Positions 55,639 through 64,000 of a stretch of DNA of 64,000 nt are shown piece by piece; the first letter of the stretch is position 1; the number at the start of each line of letters is the position of its first letter. The notes under the pieces are model-generated. The model was given only the letters and a program-made list of their open reading frames with translations, was not told where the DNA came from and did not search any database. The DNA lies in assembly GCA_963727525.1 (NCBI GenBank), contig CAVSGO010000005.1, positions 384,001 to 448,000 of the forward strand, read 5' to 3'. The stretch is from an uncultured bacterium. GTDB taxonomy: Bacteria; Krumholzibacteriota; Krumholzibacteriia; LZORAL124-64-63. A program made the position numbers and the translations under genes.

Positions 55639-55924
55639 GGGGAACTCCTTGATTACCGAAATCATATCAACTAAAACATCATCCGTCTAGCTATATATAG
55701 ATGTAATAATATAACGTTTGCTTTTTTGCATTCGGCTCTTCGATCCTATCGATCGTTCAATGCTGACGCTCCGGTCGCTGGCGGCCACGGTGCTCTCTCG
55801 ATCCGTTAGAGGCCAGGAGGCCCCGCCGTGCCCAGCTGGCTGAACTTGCCGACGCTCGTGACACGGTGGCCCATCTCTGCGTCACCGAGGGACGGTGCGA
55901 TGGCGCAGGCCAGACGTCGCCGTG

Positions 55925-57211
55925 CTAGAACCCCTTGACCTTGATCGTCTCCAGACCGTGGCCGTGCGGCCCGCTCTCGCGCTGGCGCAGCAGCGCCGAG
56001 AAGACGAGGCCCGCCAGGCTCAGCAGCGCGAACATCCAGAGCATGGGCAGGTAGCCCTGGGGATGGTCGGGACCGGCGCCGGCGTGGTCGTTGAGGGCGC
56101 CGGCGCCGACGTTGCAGACGGTCAGGCCGATGTTCTGCAGCATGGTCATCAGGCCGTAGGCCGTGCCCAGGCGGCGAGGGTCGGCCAGGTAGGGCACCGC
56201 CGGCCACATCACCGCAGGGACGAGCGAGAAGGCCAGGCCGATGAGCCCCGTGGAGATCCACAGGCTCCAGTGCGAGTAGGCGAGGATCAGGAACACGGGC
56301 ATCAGGGTAAGCGAGCCGACGGCCATGAACAGGCTGCGCTTGCCGACGCGGTCGACCAGCAGACCGAAGAGGGGCGTGGCGAAGATCGCCGCCAGGAAGA
56401 CATAGCTGTTCATGAGCCCGGCCTTCTCCAGCGACAGGCCGTGAGCGTCCTGGAAGTACTTGATGGCGAAGGTACTGCGGAAGGGGAAGATGACCGAGTA
56501 GAACGTCACGCACAGGCCCACGATGTACCAGTACGACTTGTCGAAGCGCACCAGGTCGCCCCAGACGATGCGATCGGGGGGAGCGGGCCTGGCCAGGTCG
56601 TACTTGGGTTCAGCCGCACGCTCGATCAGCCAGTAGATCACCACGGCCACCAGGCTGATCAGCGCGAAACCACCCGCCAGCAGCAGTGGCTTCTGCCAGC
56701 CCGACGCGTAGATGCCCTTCGCCCAGGCCGGCGAGAGGTCCGCCGCGTAGGAGCCGGCACGCGCGATGCTCAGGTTCAGGCCGAAGGCCAGGCCGAGCTG
56801 CTTGCCCTTGAACCACTGGCCCAGCGCGGCGGTGACCGCCACGATCATGGATTCGGCGCCCAGGCCAAAGACCAGACGGCCGGCGGCCATCACCGCGAAG
56901 GTGCCGGAGATGGCCGTCATGAACGCGCCCACCGCGCAGAGCACCGTGAAGATGAGCGTGGCCCGACGGGTGCCGATGCGGTCGACGATGATCCCACCGA
57001 TGAGCACCATGATGATATTGGGAAAACTGTAGATTGCGTTCAGCGTGCCGAGCTGCGTGTCGCTGAAGCCGAGCTGCCGGCTCAGGATATCCGCCAGCGG
57101 CGCGATGGAGTCGTAGACGTAGTAGTTTCCGAACATGGCCAGACTGGTGAAGATCAGCACCAGCCAGCGCAGCGAGGCGGGCGCCGGCGGTCGGGACGCG
57201 GCGGTGGTCAT
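55925..57211 (-). CDS. MFS transporter
   Basis: About 12 TM; GIIVDRIGTR and GLLVDRVGKR motif A. Confidence 0.93.
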   Translation of the reverse strand: MTTAASRPPAPASLRWLVLIFTSLAMFGNYYVYDSIAPLADILSRQLGFSDTQLGTLNAIYSFPNIIMVLIGGIIVDRIGTRRATLIFTVLCAVGAFMTAISGTFAVMAAGRLVFGLGAESMIVAVTAALGQWFKGKQLGLAFGLNLSIARAGSYAADLSPAWAKGIYASGWQKPLLLAGGFALISLVAVVIYWLIERAAEPKYDLARPAPPDRIVWGDLVRFDKSYWYIVGLCVTFYSVIFPFRSTFAIKYFQDAHGLSLEKAGLMNSYVFLAAIFATPLFGLLVDRVGKRSLFMAVGSLTLMPVFLILAYSHWSLWISTGLIGLAFSLVPAVMWPAVPYLADPRRLGTAYGLMTMLQNIGLTVCNVGAGALNDHAGAGPDHPQGYLPMLWMFALLSLAGLVFSALLRQRESGPHGHGLETIKVKGF

Positions 57212-57444
57212 CGTAGGCCTTTCCGTGGCAATTCACGTCAGTGACGACGGGCGCGTTCAGTGTAGCCGCGAATCGTGGATATATGGAGGACAAAAAGTGA
57301 TAAGATCAAGGTCGGAGTCATGGATCGCGCGAACCGCGCCAGGCGAGCCCCGTCCGCAATAATCTCGAAACGGGGAGGACCCTGAGATGGATCAACCAAC
57401 CCCTGGACGACGCAGGCAGCGCTTCCTGTATTACGTGGGGAATC

Positions 57445-57819
57445 ATGATGGCTTTTGCGGCAACTGGATCGGCGGCGGTGGTCTACCAGAACGACTTCGA
57501 GTCGCCCACGGGGCCGGAGCGGTCCACCGCTGACCGCGACACCACGCCGCTGGAGGGGCGGATCCTTCTGGGGCGGTTCTCGGGCCAATCGGCCACGTTG
57601 AACCTCACTGGGCCGCCGCCTCACACCGATCTCACGCTGTCCATGGAGCTCGTCGTGATCCTCACCTGGGACAGGAACGGCAACGCCAACCCCGCCATTG
57701 GCCCAGACATCTGGGATCTTACCGCCGGTAGCGGTCCCACGCTCCGGCACACCACCTTCAGCAATGGGCCGCCGGGACCCGATCAACCGCCGCGCCTCCT
57801 TGAGACCCCGTCTGCGTAG
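57445..57819 (+). pseudogene. truncated secreted-protein fragment
   Basis: VVYQNDFES...LGRFS...TWDRNG...GPDIW...TTFSN, then degenerates. Confidence 0.4.
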
Positions 57820-57911
57820 CCAAGGCCAGAGAGGTACGACATCATCAGTCCATCATAAGCCGATAAAGCCAGAGTTGGCCGTATACATTTAAGAAAGCCT
57901 GGAGTTGTCTT

Positions 57912-58649
57912 GTGGCGAACAGTGTTTCCAATCCCACGTCAGCAGCGATCCGCAATGGATCTGTGGCTTTTGTTCTCATCTGTCTCATTATTGGATTGGA
58001 GTATTGTTTTCGGCACTACCTGATGTTCCTGCCGCCGACTATTGGCACGCTTCGGGTCAATGATATGTTGTCGTTGGTTTGTGCCTACTCCGTCCTTGCC
58101 GGCGGCGTAGGGCTCCTAATGGATGTCGATTGGGTTGGCGAGTTGTCCGGTGTCACCATGGCTCTTCGAGACTGTGTGACTTCTCGGCACTACACCGGGT
58201 GGATCATAACCTCGGCACTGAGCCTGGGACTCCTTCCTGTCCTCGACCGAGTTCTGTGGGCGGGTCTGCATCTCCCCATGCTGATCGGCTCTTATCACAA
58301 CTCCATTGTTTGGCTACCCGCTGCCGCCCCCATTTTGAAGGCTACAACGCTCATCCTTGTCAATGGGCTTTTTGTCCCCGTAGGAGAAGAGTTCCTGTGG
58401 CGAGGAGTGGTACAGCCACGACTTGTGCGTGCCATGCCGGTTCCCTTGGCCATTGGCATCACTGCCGTGTGCTTCTCGTTGAAGCATGTGCTTGTAGATG
58501 CATCGTTCGGTCGCGCTCTGACAATTACGGCCCTGGGAATGGTCTTTGGTGTCCTTGCTTATCGCAGAAACTGGTGGGCATCAGCCGCCCTCCACATCTT
58601 CATCAATACCCTGTCGACAGTGACAGCGCTCGTGCTGGGGCGTATATGA
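57912..58649 (+). CDS. CPBP/Abi-family intramembrane protease
   Basis: EEFLWRG, FSLKH, HIFIN; visibly lower GC than the flanks. Confidence 0.88.
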   Translation: MANSVSNPTSAAIRNGSVAFVLICLIIGLEYCFRHYLMFLPPTIGTLRVNDMLSLVCAYSVLAGGVGLLMDVDWVGELSGVTMALRDCVTSRHYTGWIITSALSLGLLPVLDRVLWAGLHLPMLIGSYHNSIVWLPAAAPILKATTLILVNGLFVPVGEEFLWRGVVQPRLVRAMPVPLAIGITAVCFSLKHVLVDASFGRALTITALGMVFGVLAYRRNWWASAALHIFINTLSTVTALVLGRI

Positions 58650-59301
58650 ACGTCAGAAGAACGCGAAGCAAACGCCAGGTACCATAGGGCCATGGCTCCT
58701 TCCCAACAGATAATTGAGTAGAGTTTCAGATAGCGCACCTTGCAGGAAAGTGCCCCAGGTACCCGCGCAGAGGGCGCGCTCGGGCAGAGGGTCCGATCGG
58801 AAGCACGTGGGGGCATGGGCACCTTCCGTCACCGGGCTGTGTCGGGAGACGGGCCAAGAGCCCGCGGTGCATGGCGTGGGCCTGGTGGCCGTTGGTGCCG
58901 GGCGCCACTGGCATTACGTCTGAATTTCCACGGATAGATCATGCACGAAGTTTTAGTCTTCACAGGCGTCCCTCGAAAGACCATGAATATCTCGATTGAT
59001 GTGCGGGATCTTCGGGCCCGTCGTGGTCGGCGCGAGCCAGCGCTGACCGGATCTCTTTCCCGTCCTGAGGGTCCTGGCCGACCGTAAGGGTATTGCGGCG
59101 CGATTCCTGTTGCATCATCCACTGGGCGCAGGAGTAAGGTGTTGGGAAAAGTGAATGGAATGCCCTCATGATAGCGGGAACGCGGCGGACGCTAACCCGC
59201 TGAAGCAGCGCCGAGCGCCGGACGAAGATCGGGCCCTCCTCCTGGCCTACCTGCGACGCTGAAGCTATGTATAGCCCAGGCATCCCACGAGAGGACCCAT
59301 C

Positions 59302-60660
59302 ATGACCCGCCGCTTCGATGTCCTGATCATCGGCACCGGCACGGCCGCCAGCAACGCCGCCCTGCCCTGCGCCGCGGCCGGCCTCGAGGTCGCCGTCGTC
59401 GACGCCCGCGCCTACGGCGGCACCTGCGCCCGCCGCGGCTGCCAGCCCAAGAAGTTCCTCGTCGCCGCCGCCGAGGTGACGGCGCTGAGCCATGACCTGC
59501 ACGGCCGCGGCATCGGCGCGCCGGCCACACTCGACTGGCCGGCCCTGCATCGCAGCCAGCGCGCGTTCACCGATCCGGTCCCCGCCAGCACGCAGCGGCA
59601 CTTCCGCGACGCGGGCATCACCACCCTGCATGGCCGCGCGCGGTTCACTGGACGCACCACCGTCGTCATCGAGGGGCCGGATGCGGGCGAGATCGACGCC
59701 GCCACGATCGTCGTCGCCACCGGCGCCCGACCCGCGCCGCTCGCCTTCTCCGGCCACGACCTGCTGATCACGAGCGAGGACTTCCTGGCGCTCGCCGCGT
59801 TGCCACGCCGGCTCGTCTGCGTGGGTGGCGGTTTCATCGCGCTCGAGTTCGCGCACGTGGCCGCGCGCGCCGGCGTGGCGGTGACGGTGGTCGACCAGGG
59901 ACCGCGTATCCTGTCACGCTTCGACGCCGACCTCGTGGCCACGCTGACCGCGGCCACGCGCGAGGCCGGCATCGCCATCCGGACGGGCGCCGCGGTGACC
60001 GCGGTGGCCCGTGACGACGACGCCTTCATTGTGCATACCACCGACGGCGGCCCGCCGTTGCCCGCCGACCTCGTGCTCCACGCCGCCGGCCGCGTCCCCG
60101 CCCTCGACGATCTCGACCTCGACGCCGCCGACGTGGCCGCCGGCGACGACGGTATCATCGTGGACGCCGGCCTGCGCAGCCGCACGAATCCCGCCGTATT
60201 CGCCATCGGCGACGCCTGCGCCCTGCTGCCCCACCTCGCGCCACCCGCCGATCAGGCGGGCGCCGCAGCCGCGGCCAACATCATCGCCGGTCGCAACGTC
60301 CGCGAACTCGACGCCCGGATCGTGGCCACGGTGGTCTTCACCTTGCCGCCCCTGGCGTCGGTGGGCATGACCGCCGAACAGGCCGCCGACGCGGGCGAAG
60401 CCGTCACCATCGTCCAGCGCGACATGAGCACCTGGCCCACCGCCCGCCGCCGCGGCCAGCGCTTCGCTGCCAGCAAGGTGATGCAACGCGCACGCGACGG
60501 CCGCCTCCTCGGTGCCCACGTCCTCGGCCACGGCGCCGCCGACGTCATCAACGTCTTCGCCCTGGCGATCGCTCAGAAGCTGACGGCGGCGGACCTGCAG
60601 CGCATGATGTGGGCGTATCCGACGGCGACGTCGGACGTGAAGGGGATGGTGCAGACATAG
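59302..60660 (+). CDS. class I pyridine nucleotide-disulfide oxidoreductase (glutathione reductase-like)
   Basis: IIGTG, GGTCARRGCQPKK, VGGGFIALEFA, AIGD, AYPT. Confidence 0.92.
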   Translation: MTRRFDVLIIGTGTAASNAALPCAAAGLEVAVVDARAYGGTCARRGCQPKKFLVAAAEVTALSHDLHGRGIGAPATLDWPALHRSQRAFTDPVPASTQRHFRDAGITTLHGRARFTGRTTVVIEGPDAGEIDAATIVVATGARPAPLAFSGHDLLITSEDFLALAALPRRLVCVGGGFIALEFAHVAARAGVAVTVVDQGPRILSRFDADLVATLTAATREAGIAIRTGAAVTAVARDDDAFIVHTTDGGPPLPADLVLHAAGRVPALDDLDLDAADVAAGDDGIIVDAGLRSRTNPAVFAIGDACALLPHLAPPADQAGAAAAANIIAGRNVRELDARIVATVVFTLPPLASVGMTAEQAADAGEAVTIVQRDMSTWPTARRRGQRFAASKVMQRARDGRLLGAHVLGHGAADVINVFALAIAQKLTAADLQRMMWAYPTATSDVKGMVQT

Positions 60661-60791
60661 CGCGACCCTCGTCCCGGAATAGGGACTTCACCGCACCCCA
60701 GGTCGTGTCTCGAATCACGCCACGGCCACGACTCGAAGCGACCGCCTTGCTCGTCATCGCGATTTCATGTAGAAGAGCCGATTTGACGTGC

Positions 60792-60930
60792 CTGGGGTAG
60801 CCTGCAAATACTCCAGAAGCTGGCGGGGCGACTGCTCGCCGTCCTGGCCGACGGATCGGGGACCTACGTGTGCCGGTTGCGCGTCGGTCCGACGGACCTC
60901 AGTCGCAAGTGCACGCTGCTGTCTAAACGG
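60792..60930 (+). pseudogene. FlgD-Ig-type C-terminal domain remnant
   Basis: SLQIL..LAGRLLAVLADG | SGTYVCRLRVG....SRKCTLL. Confidence 0.5.
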
Positions 60931-61018
60931 GTGGCGAGGCGCTTTGGGGGCCTGGTCATCACATCCTCCTGAGCGGGCGGCCGGGCCTCTCCTTGCCAGC
61001 CCGGCCGGTAACTGGCGT

Positions 61019-61048
61019 TTGACATTATACCGAAACCTTCGCTACGCT
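61019..61048 (+). promoter_or_regulatory. candidate sigma70 promoter
   Basis: TTGACA-N18-TACGCT upstream of the ABC operon. Confidence 0.45.
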
Positions 61049-61095
61049 GTTGCGCGGAGGGTGGGGATTGGAGTCCAGAAAGGGGCGTTCAGATC

Positions 61096-62310
61096 ATGAA
61101 ACGATCGATCGTGGCCCTGCTTCTCTCGTTGACGCTCATCGCGGTACTTCCAGCGGGCTCCTTCGCCAAGGACATCGTGATCGGCTTCACGGCTTCGCAG
61201 ACCGGCCGGCTCAACGCCGATTCGGTGCCACAATTGAATGGCTTCGAACTTTGGCGCGACCAGGTCAACGCCGCCGGCGGCATCCAGGTCGGCAAGGACA
61301 AGTACCCCGTGAAGTTCGTCATGTATGACGACCAGTCTATCTCGAACCGGGTGCAGGAGCTCTATGCGCGGCTCGTCACGTCGGACAAGGCCGACTTCCT
61401 ATTCAGTCCGTACTCCTCCGGTTTGACCGCCACGTCGGCGATCATCTCCGAGCAGTACGGGAAGATCATGGTCACGACCGGCGCCGCCGAGGGCAAGACG
61501 TACACGCTGGGCAACCAGTACCTGTTCCAGATGTACACGCCTGCCGATCATTACCTCGCCAGCGCGCTGGACGCAGCCGCCTCCCGCGATCCGCAGGCGA
61601 CGCTCGCGCTGATCTACTCGAACGACGGTTTCTCCAGCGCGGCGGCCAAGGGCGGCAAGGATCACGCCGACCAGCTGAAGCTGCCGATCGCCATCGACGA
61701 GTCGTACGATCCGGCGACGGCCGACTTCAGCCCGATCCTCAACAAGGTGGTCACCTCGAAAGCGACGATGCTGATCGGGGGCGGCCATTTCGCCGACGGT
61801 AGCACGCTGGCGCGTCAGCTCTTCGAGCAGAAGATGGGCCTGAAGATGGTGTGCCTGCTCGTGGCGCCGGACGCGGAGAAGTTCGCGGAGCTCGGCGATG
61901 CGGCCCTCGGCGTCTCGGTTCCCTCGCAGTGGGAGCCGCAGGTCACCTTCAAGCCGGACTTCGGGCCCACCGCCGAGGCCTTCACCCACGACTACCAATC
62001 GAAGTACGGCGAGCTGCCCGCGTATCACGCGGCCGGCGGCTACGCGGCGGGGCTGATCCTGCAGCACGCGATCGAGACGGCAGGCAGCCTGGACACCGAC
62101 AAGGTCAAGAAGGTGCTCGACGGCATGGACGTCACGACGTTCTACGGCCATGTGAAGTTCGCCGGCGGGGCCGAGCAGCACGGTTTGCAGATCGGCCACG
62201 ACATGGTGCTCGCGCAGTGGCAGAAGGACGCGCACGGCAAGCTGGTCAAGCAGGTCGTCTGGCCCACGTCGGCGGCGACGGCGCCGTTGATGTACCCGAT
62301 CCGGCAGTGA
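61096..62310 (+). CDS. branched-chain amino acid ABC transporter substrate-binding protein
   Basis: Signal peptide; VNAAGGI, YDDQS, FSPYSSGLT. Confidence 0.92.
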   Translation: MKRSIVALLLSLTLIAVLPAGSFAKDIVIGFTASQTGRLNADSVPQLNGFELWRDQVNAAGGIQVGKDKYPVKFVMYDDQSISNRVQELYARLVTSDKADFLFSPYSSGLTATSAIISEQYGKIMVTTGAAEGKTYTLGNQYLFQMYTPADHYLASALDAAASRDPQATLALIYSNDGFSSAAAKGGKDHADQLKLPIAIDESYDPATADFSPILNKVVTSKATMLIGGGHFADGSTLARQLFEQKMGLKMVCLLVAPDAEKFAELGDAALGVSVPSQWEPQVTFKPDFGPTAEAFTHDYQSKYGELPAYHAAGGYAAGLILQHAIETAGSLDTDKVKKVLDGMDVTTFYGHVKFAGGAEQHGLQIGHDMVLAQWQKDAHGKLVKQVVWPTSAATAPLMYPIRQ

Positions 62311-62320
62311 CGGGGCCGCG

Positions 62321-63181
62321 ATGGGTGTCCTGGTGTCCCTCATCAATGGACTCTTGCTCGGAGCGGTGTACGGTCTGGCCGCGATCGGTCTGACCCTGAT
62401 CTTCGGCGTCATGAAGGTCATCAACCTGGCCCACGGCGCCATGATCGCCCTCGGGATGTTCGCGGTGTACTTCCTCGCCAGCGGTCTGGGGATCAGCCCG
62501 TACCTGACCCTACCGCTGGCGGGGGTGATCGGCTTCGCGCTGGGCATCGGCATCTACTGGTCAGCCGTGCACCGGGTGATCGGCCGCGCCGAGCTGATGA
62601 GCCTGCTGGCCACCTTCGCCGTGAGCATGGTCGTGATCGGCCTGGGCACGGCGCTGTGGAGCACGAGCCCGCGCAACGTGCGCGTCAGCTTGCCGGGGGT
62701 CACGCTCGGCGGCTACACGATTGCCGGACATCACTTCGTGGCGGCCGGCATCGCGCTTCTGTTCGCCGGGGCCCTCTTCGCCTTCATGAATTACACGCGG
62801 CAGGGCAAGGCGATCCGCGCCGTGGCGAGCAACCGTGACGCGGCCGAGCTGATGGGCATCCCTTCGGCGCAGACCCTGGCTGTCGCGTTCGGTATCGGCA
62901 TCGCGATCGCGAGCCTCGCCGGTGCGTTGCTCGCGACCCTTTTTCCCTTCACGATCCTCTCGGGCGGCGGCTACGAACTCAAGAGCTTCGTCGTCACCGT
63001 GCTGGGCGGTCTCGGCAACCCGGCCGGCGCGGTGATCGGCGGACTCCTGCTGGGCGGTATCGAGGGCGCAGTGAGTCCCTTCGTGCCGGTGAGCTGGACG
63101 CCCGTGATCGAGTTCAGCCTGTTCGTCCTGATCCTCGTGGTATTTCCGCAGGGCTTGCTGCGGCCGCGCGGGGGGCATTGA
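62321..63181 (+). CDS. branched-chain amino acid ABC permease (LivH-like)
   Basis: GLTLIFGVMKVINLAHG, GKAIRAVASN, VLGGLG. Confidence 0.92.
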   Translation: MGVLVSLINGLLLGAVYGLAAIGLTLIFGVMKVINLAHGAMIALGMFAVYFLASGLGISPYLTLPLAGVIGFALGIGIYWSAVHRVIGRAELMSLLATFAVSMVVIGLGTALWSTSPRNVRVSLPGVTLGGYTIAGHHFVAAGIALLFAGALFAFMNYTRQGKAIRAVASNRDAAELMGIPSAQTLAVAFGIGIAIASLAGALLATLFPFTILSGGGYELKSFVVTVLGGLGNPAGAVIGGLLLGGIEGAVSPFVPVSWTPVIEFSLFVLILVVFPQGLLRPRGGH

Positions 63182-64000
63182 TGCTGAAACGCCCCTTTCC
63201 CTGGATCGCCCTGGCCGTTACCGCGGTCTTCGCCGTGCTGCCCGTCTGGCAGGGGATCGGCGTGCGCGAAAGCCTCTTCCTGGCCGCCGTCTACATGATC
63301 TTGACGCTCAACCTGAACCTGATGACCGGCTACACCGGCTACGTGAACTTCGGCAGCATCGTTTTCTTCGGCCTCGGCGGCACGATCGGCCTGTTCTTCG
63401 TCGCCGGCCTGGGCTGGCCCCTGTGGGTGGCACTGCTGCTCGCGGCCGTGGGCGTCGGCGGGCTCGCGCTCGTGCTCGGACTGGGGATTCTGCGCCTACG
63501 CGGGGCGTACTTCGCGCTGGCGACGATCGGCGTGGTGGAGGCGACCAAGGCGTTCACCGCCAACTTCGGGCCCTTCGGCGGGTCGACCGGCCTGTACGTG
63601 TCGTTCTCGGCGTACGCGCCCCTGGGCGGTCCGCGCCAGGCTTTGTGGGTCGTCTACTACGCGATGCTGGCGCTGCTGCTGATCTCGATGCTGGGCACCT
63701 ACGCCATCAAGCGGTCACGTTTCGGTCTGGGGCTCTTCGCGATCCGCGAGGACGAGGACGCGGCGATGTCGCTCGGCGTGCACGCGCCGCGGTACAAGGC
63801 GGTCGTCTATTGCCTGTCCTCGCTGGTGCCGGCGCTGGCAGGGGTCCTCTTCTTCTTCAAGAACGGCGTCGTGCAGCCCGACCAGGCCTTCGACCTGACG
63901 CTGTCGATCGAGGCGATCGTGATGATGATGCTTGGCGGACAGGGTACGGTGGCCGGTGCGGCGATCGGCGCCTTCTTCTACGAGCAGTTCCGCGGCTACC
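63181..64000 (+). CDS. branched-chain amino acid ABC permease (LivM-like), runs off window
   Basis: NLMTGYTGYVNFG, LRLRGAYFALAT, AIREDEDAA, MMMLGGQGT. Confidence 0.9.
   Translation, partial: MLKRPFPWIALAVTAVFAVLPVWQGIGVRESLFLAAVYMILTLNLNLMTGYTGYVNFGSIVFFGLGGTIGLFFVAGLGWPLWVALLLAAVGVGGLALVLGLGILRLRGAYFALATIGVVEATKAFTANFGPFGGSTGLYVSFSAYAPLGGPRQALWVVYYAMLALLLISMLGTYAIKRSRFGLGLFAIREDEDAAMSLGVHAPRYKAVVYCLSSLVPALAGVLFFFKNGVVQPDQAFDLTLSIEAIVMMMLGGQGTVAGAAIGAFFYEQFRGY

Noticed and set aside
55709-55812. Possible attC site (tataac...gttaga)
   Set aside because: The inner sequence is not self-complementary; more likely the AT-rich promoter region of the DUF2087 gene

Overview
GC-rich bacterial chromosome segment. 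The FlgD-Ig-type C-terminal domain and the PorX-like regulator suggest an FCB-superphylum organism such as Krumholzibacteriota/Latescibacterota; this is an inference. 1-6.5 kb is housekeeping: a PorX-like REC-PglZ regulator with a histidine kinase, serS, pyrF, pyrE and a membrane glycosyltransferase-like gene. 6.7-16.4 kb holds two envelope modules preceded by sigma54-type motifs. The first is a PA2779-like secreted precursor ending in a Gly-Gly motif plus a 23-aa hydrophobic peptide, next to a signal peptide-C39 peptidase-TPR-POTRA-Omp85-like barrel fusion; this is the best candidate for an undescribed system. The second is a DUF4402-type atypical chaperone-usher pilus cluster. About 18.7-61 kb is an accessory region where intact genes (pgi, HAD hydrolase, APC permease, ackA, dnaJ, XylR/V4R sigma54 activator, RRM protein, cytochrome c, CopA-type ATPase, MCP plus stand-alone Cache protein, Rrf2, FIST/NosP plus kinase, desaturase, VOC, MFS, flavoprotein reductase) alternate with many remnants shortened by internal deletions (SPFH, ackA, xfp x2, tal, tkt, pgm, Ser/Thr kinase, flagellin, OsmC, cydAB, DUF302, kinase, FlgD). 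It also carries a complete 1230-bp IS with 26-bp terminal inverted repeats and an unexplained ~190-nt hairpin. The window ends in a branched-chain amino-acid ABC operon. No rRNA, tRNA or CRISPR array was seen. All family assignments are by motif recognition, not database search.
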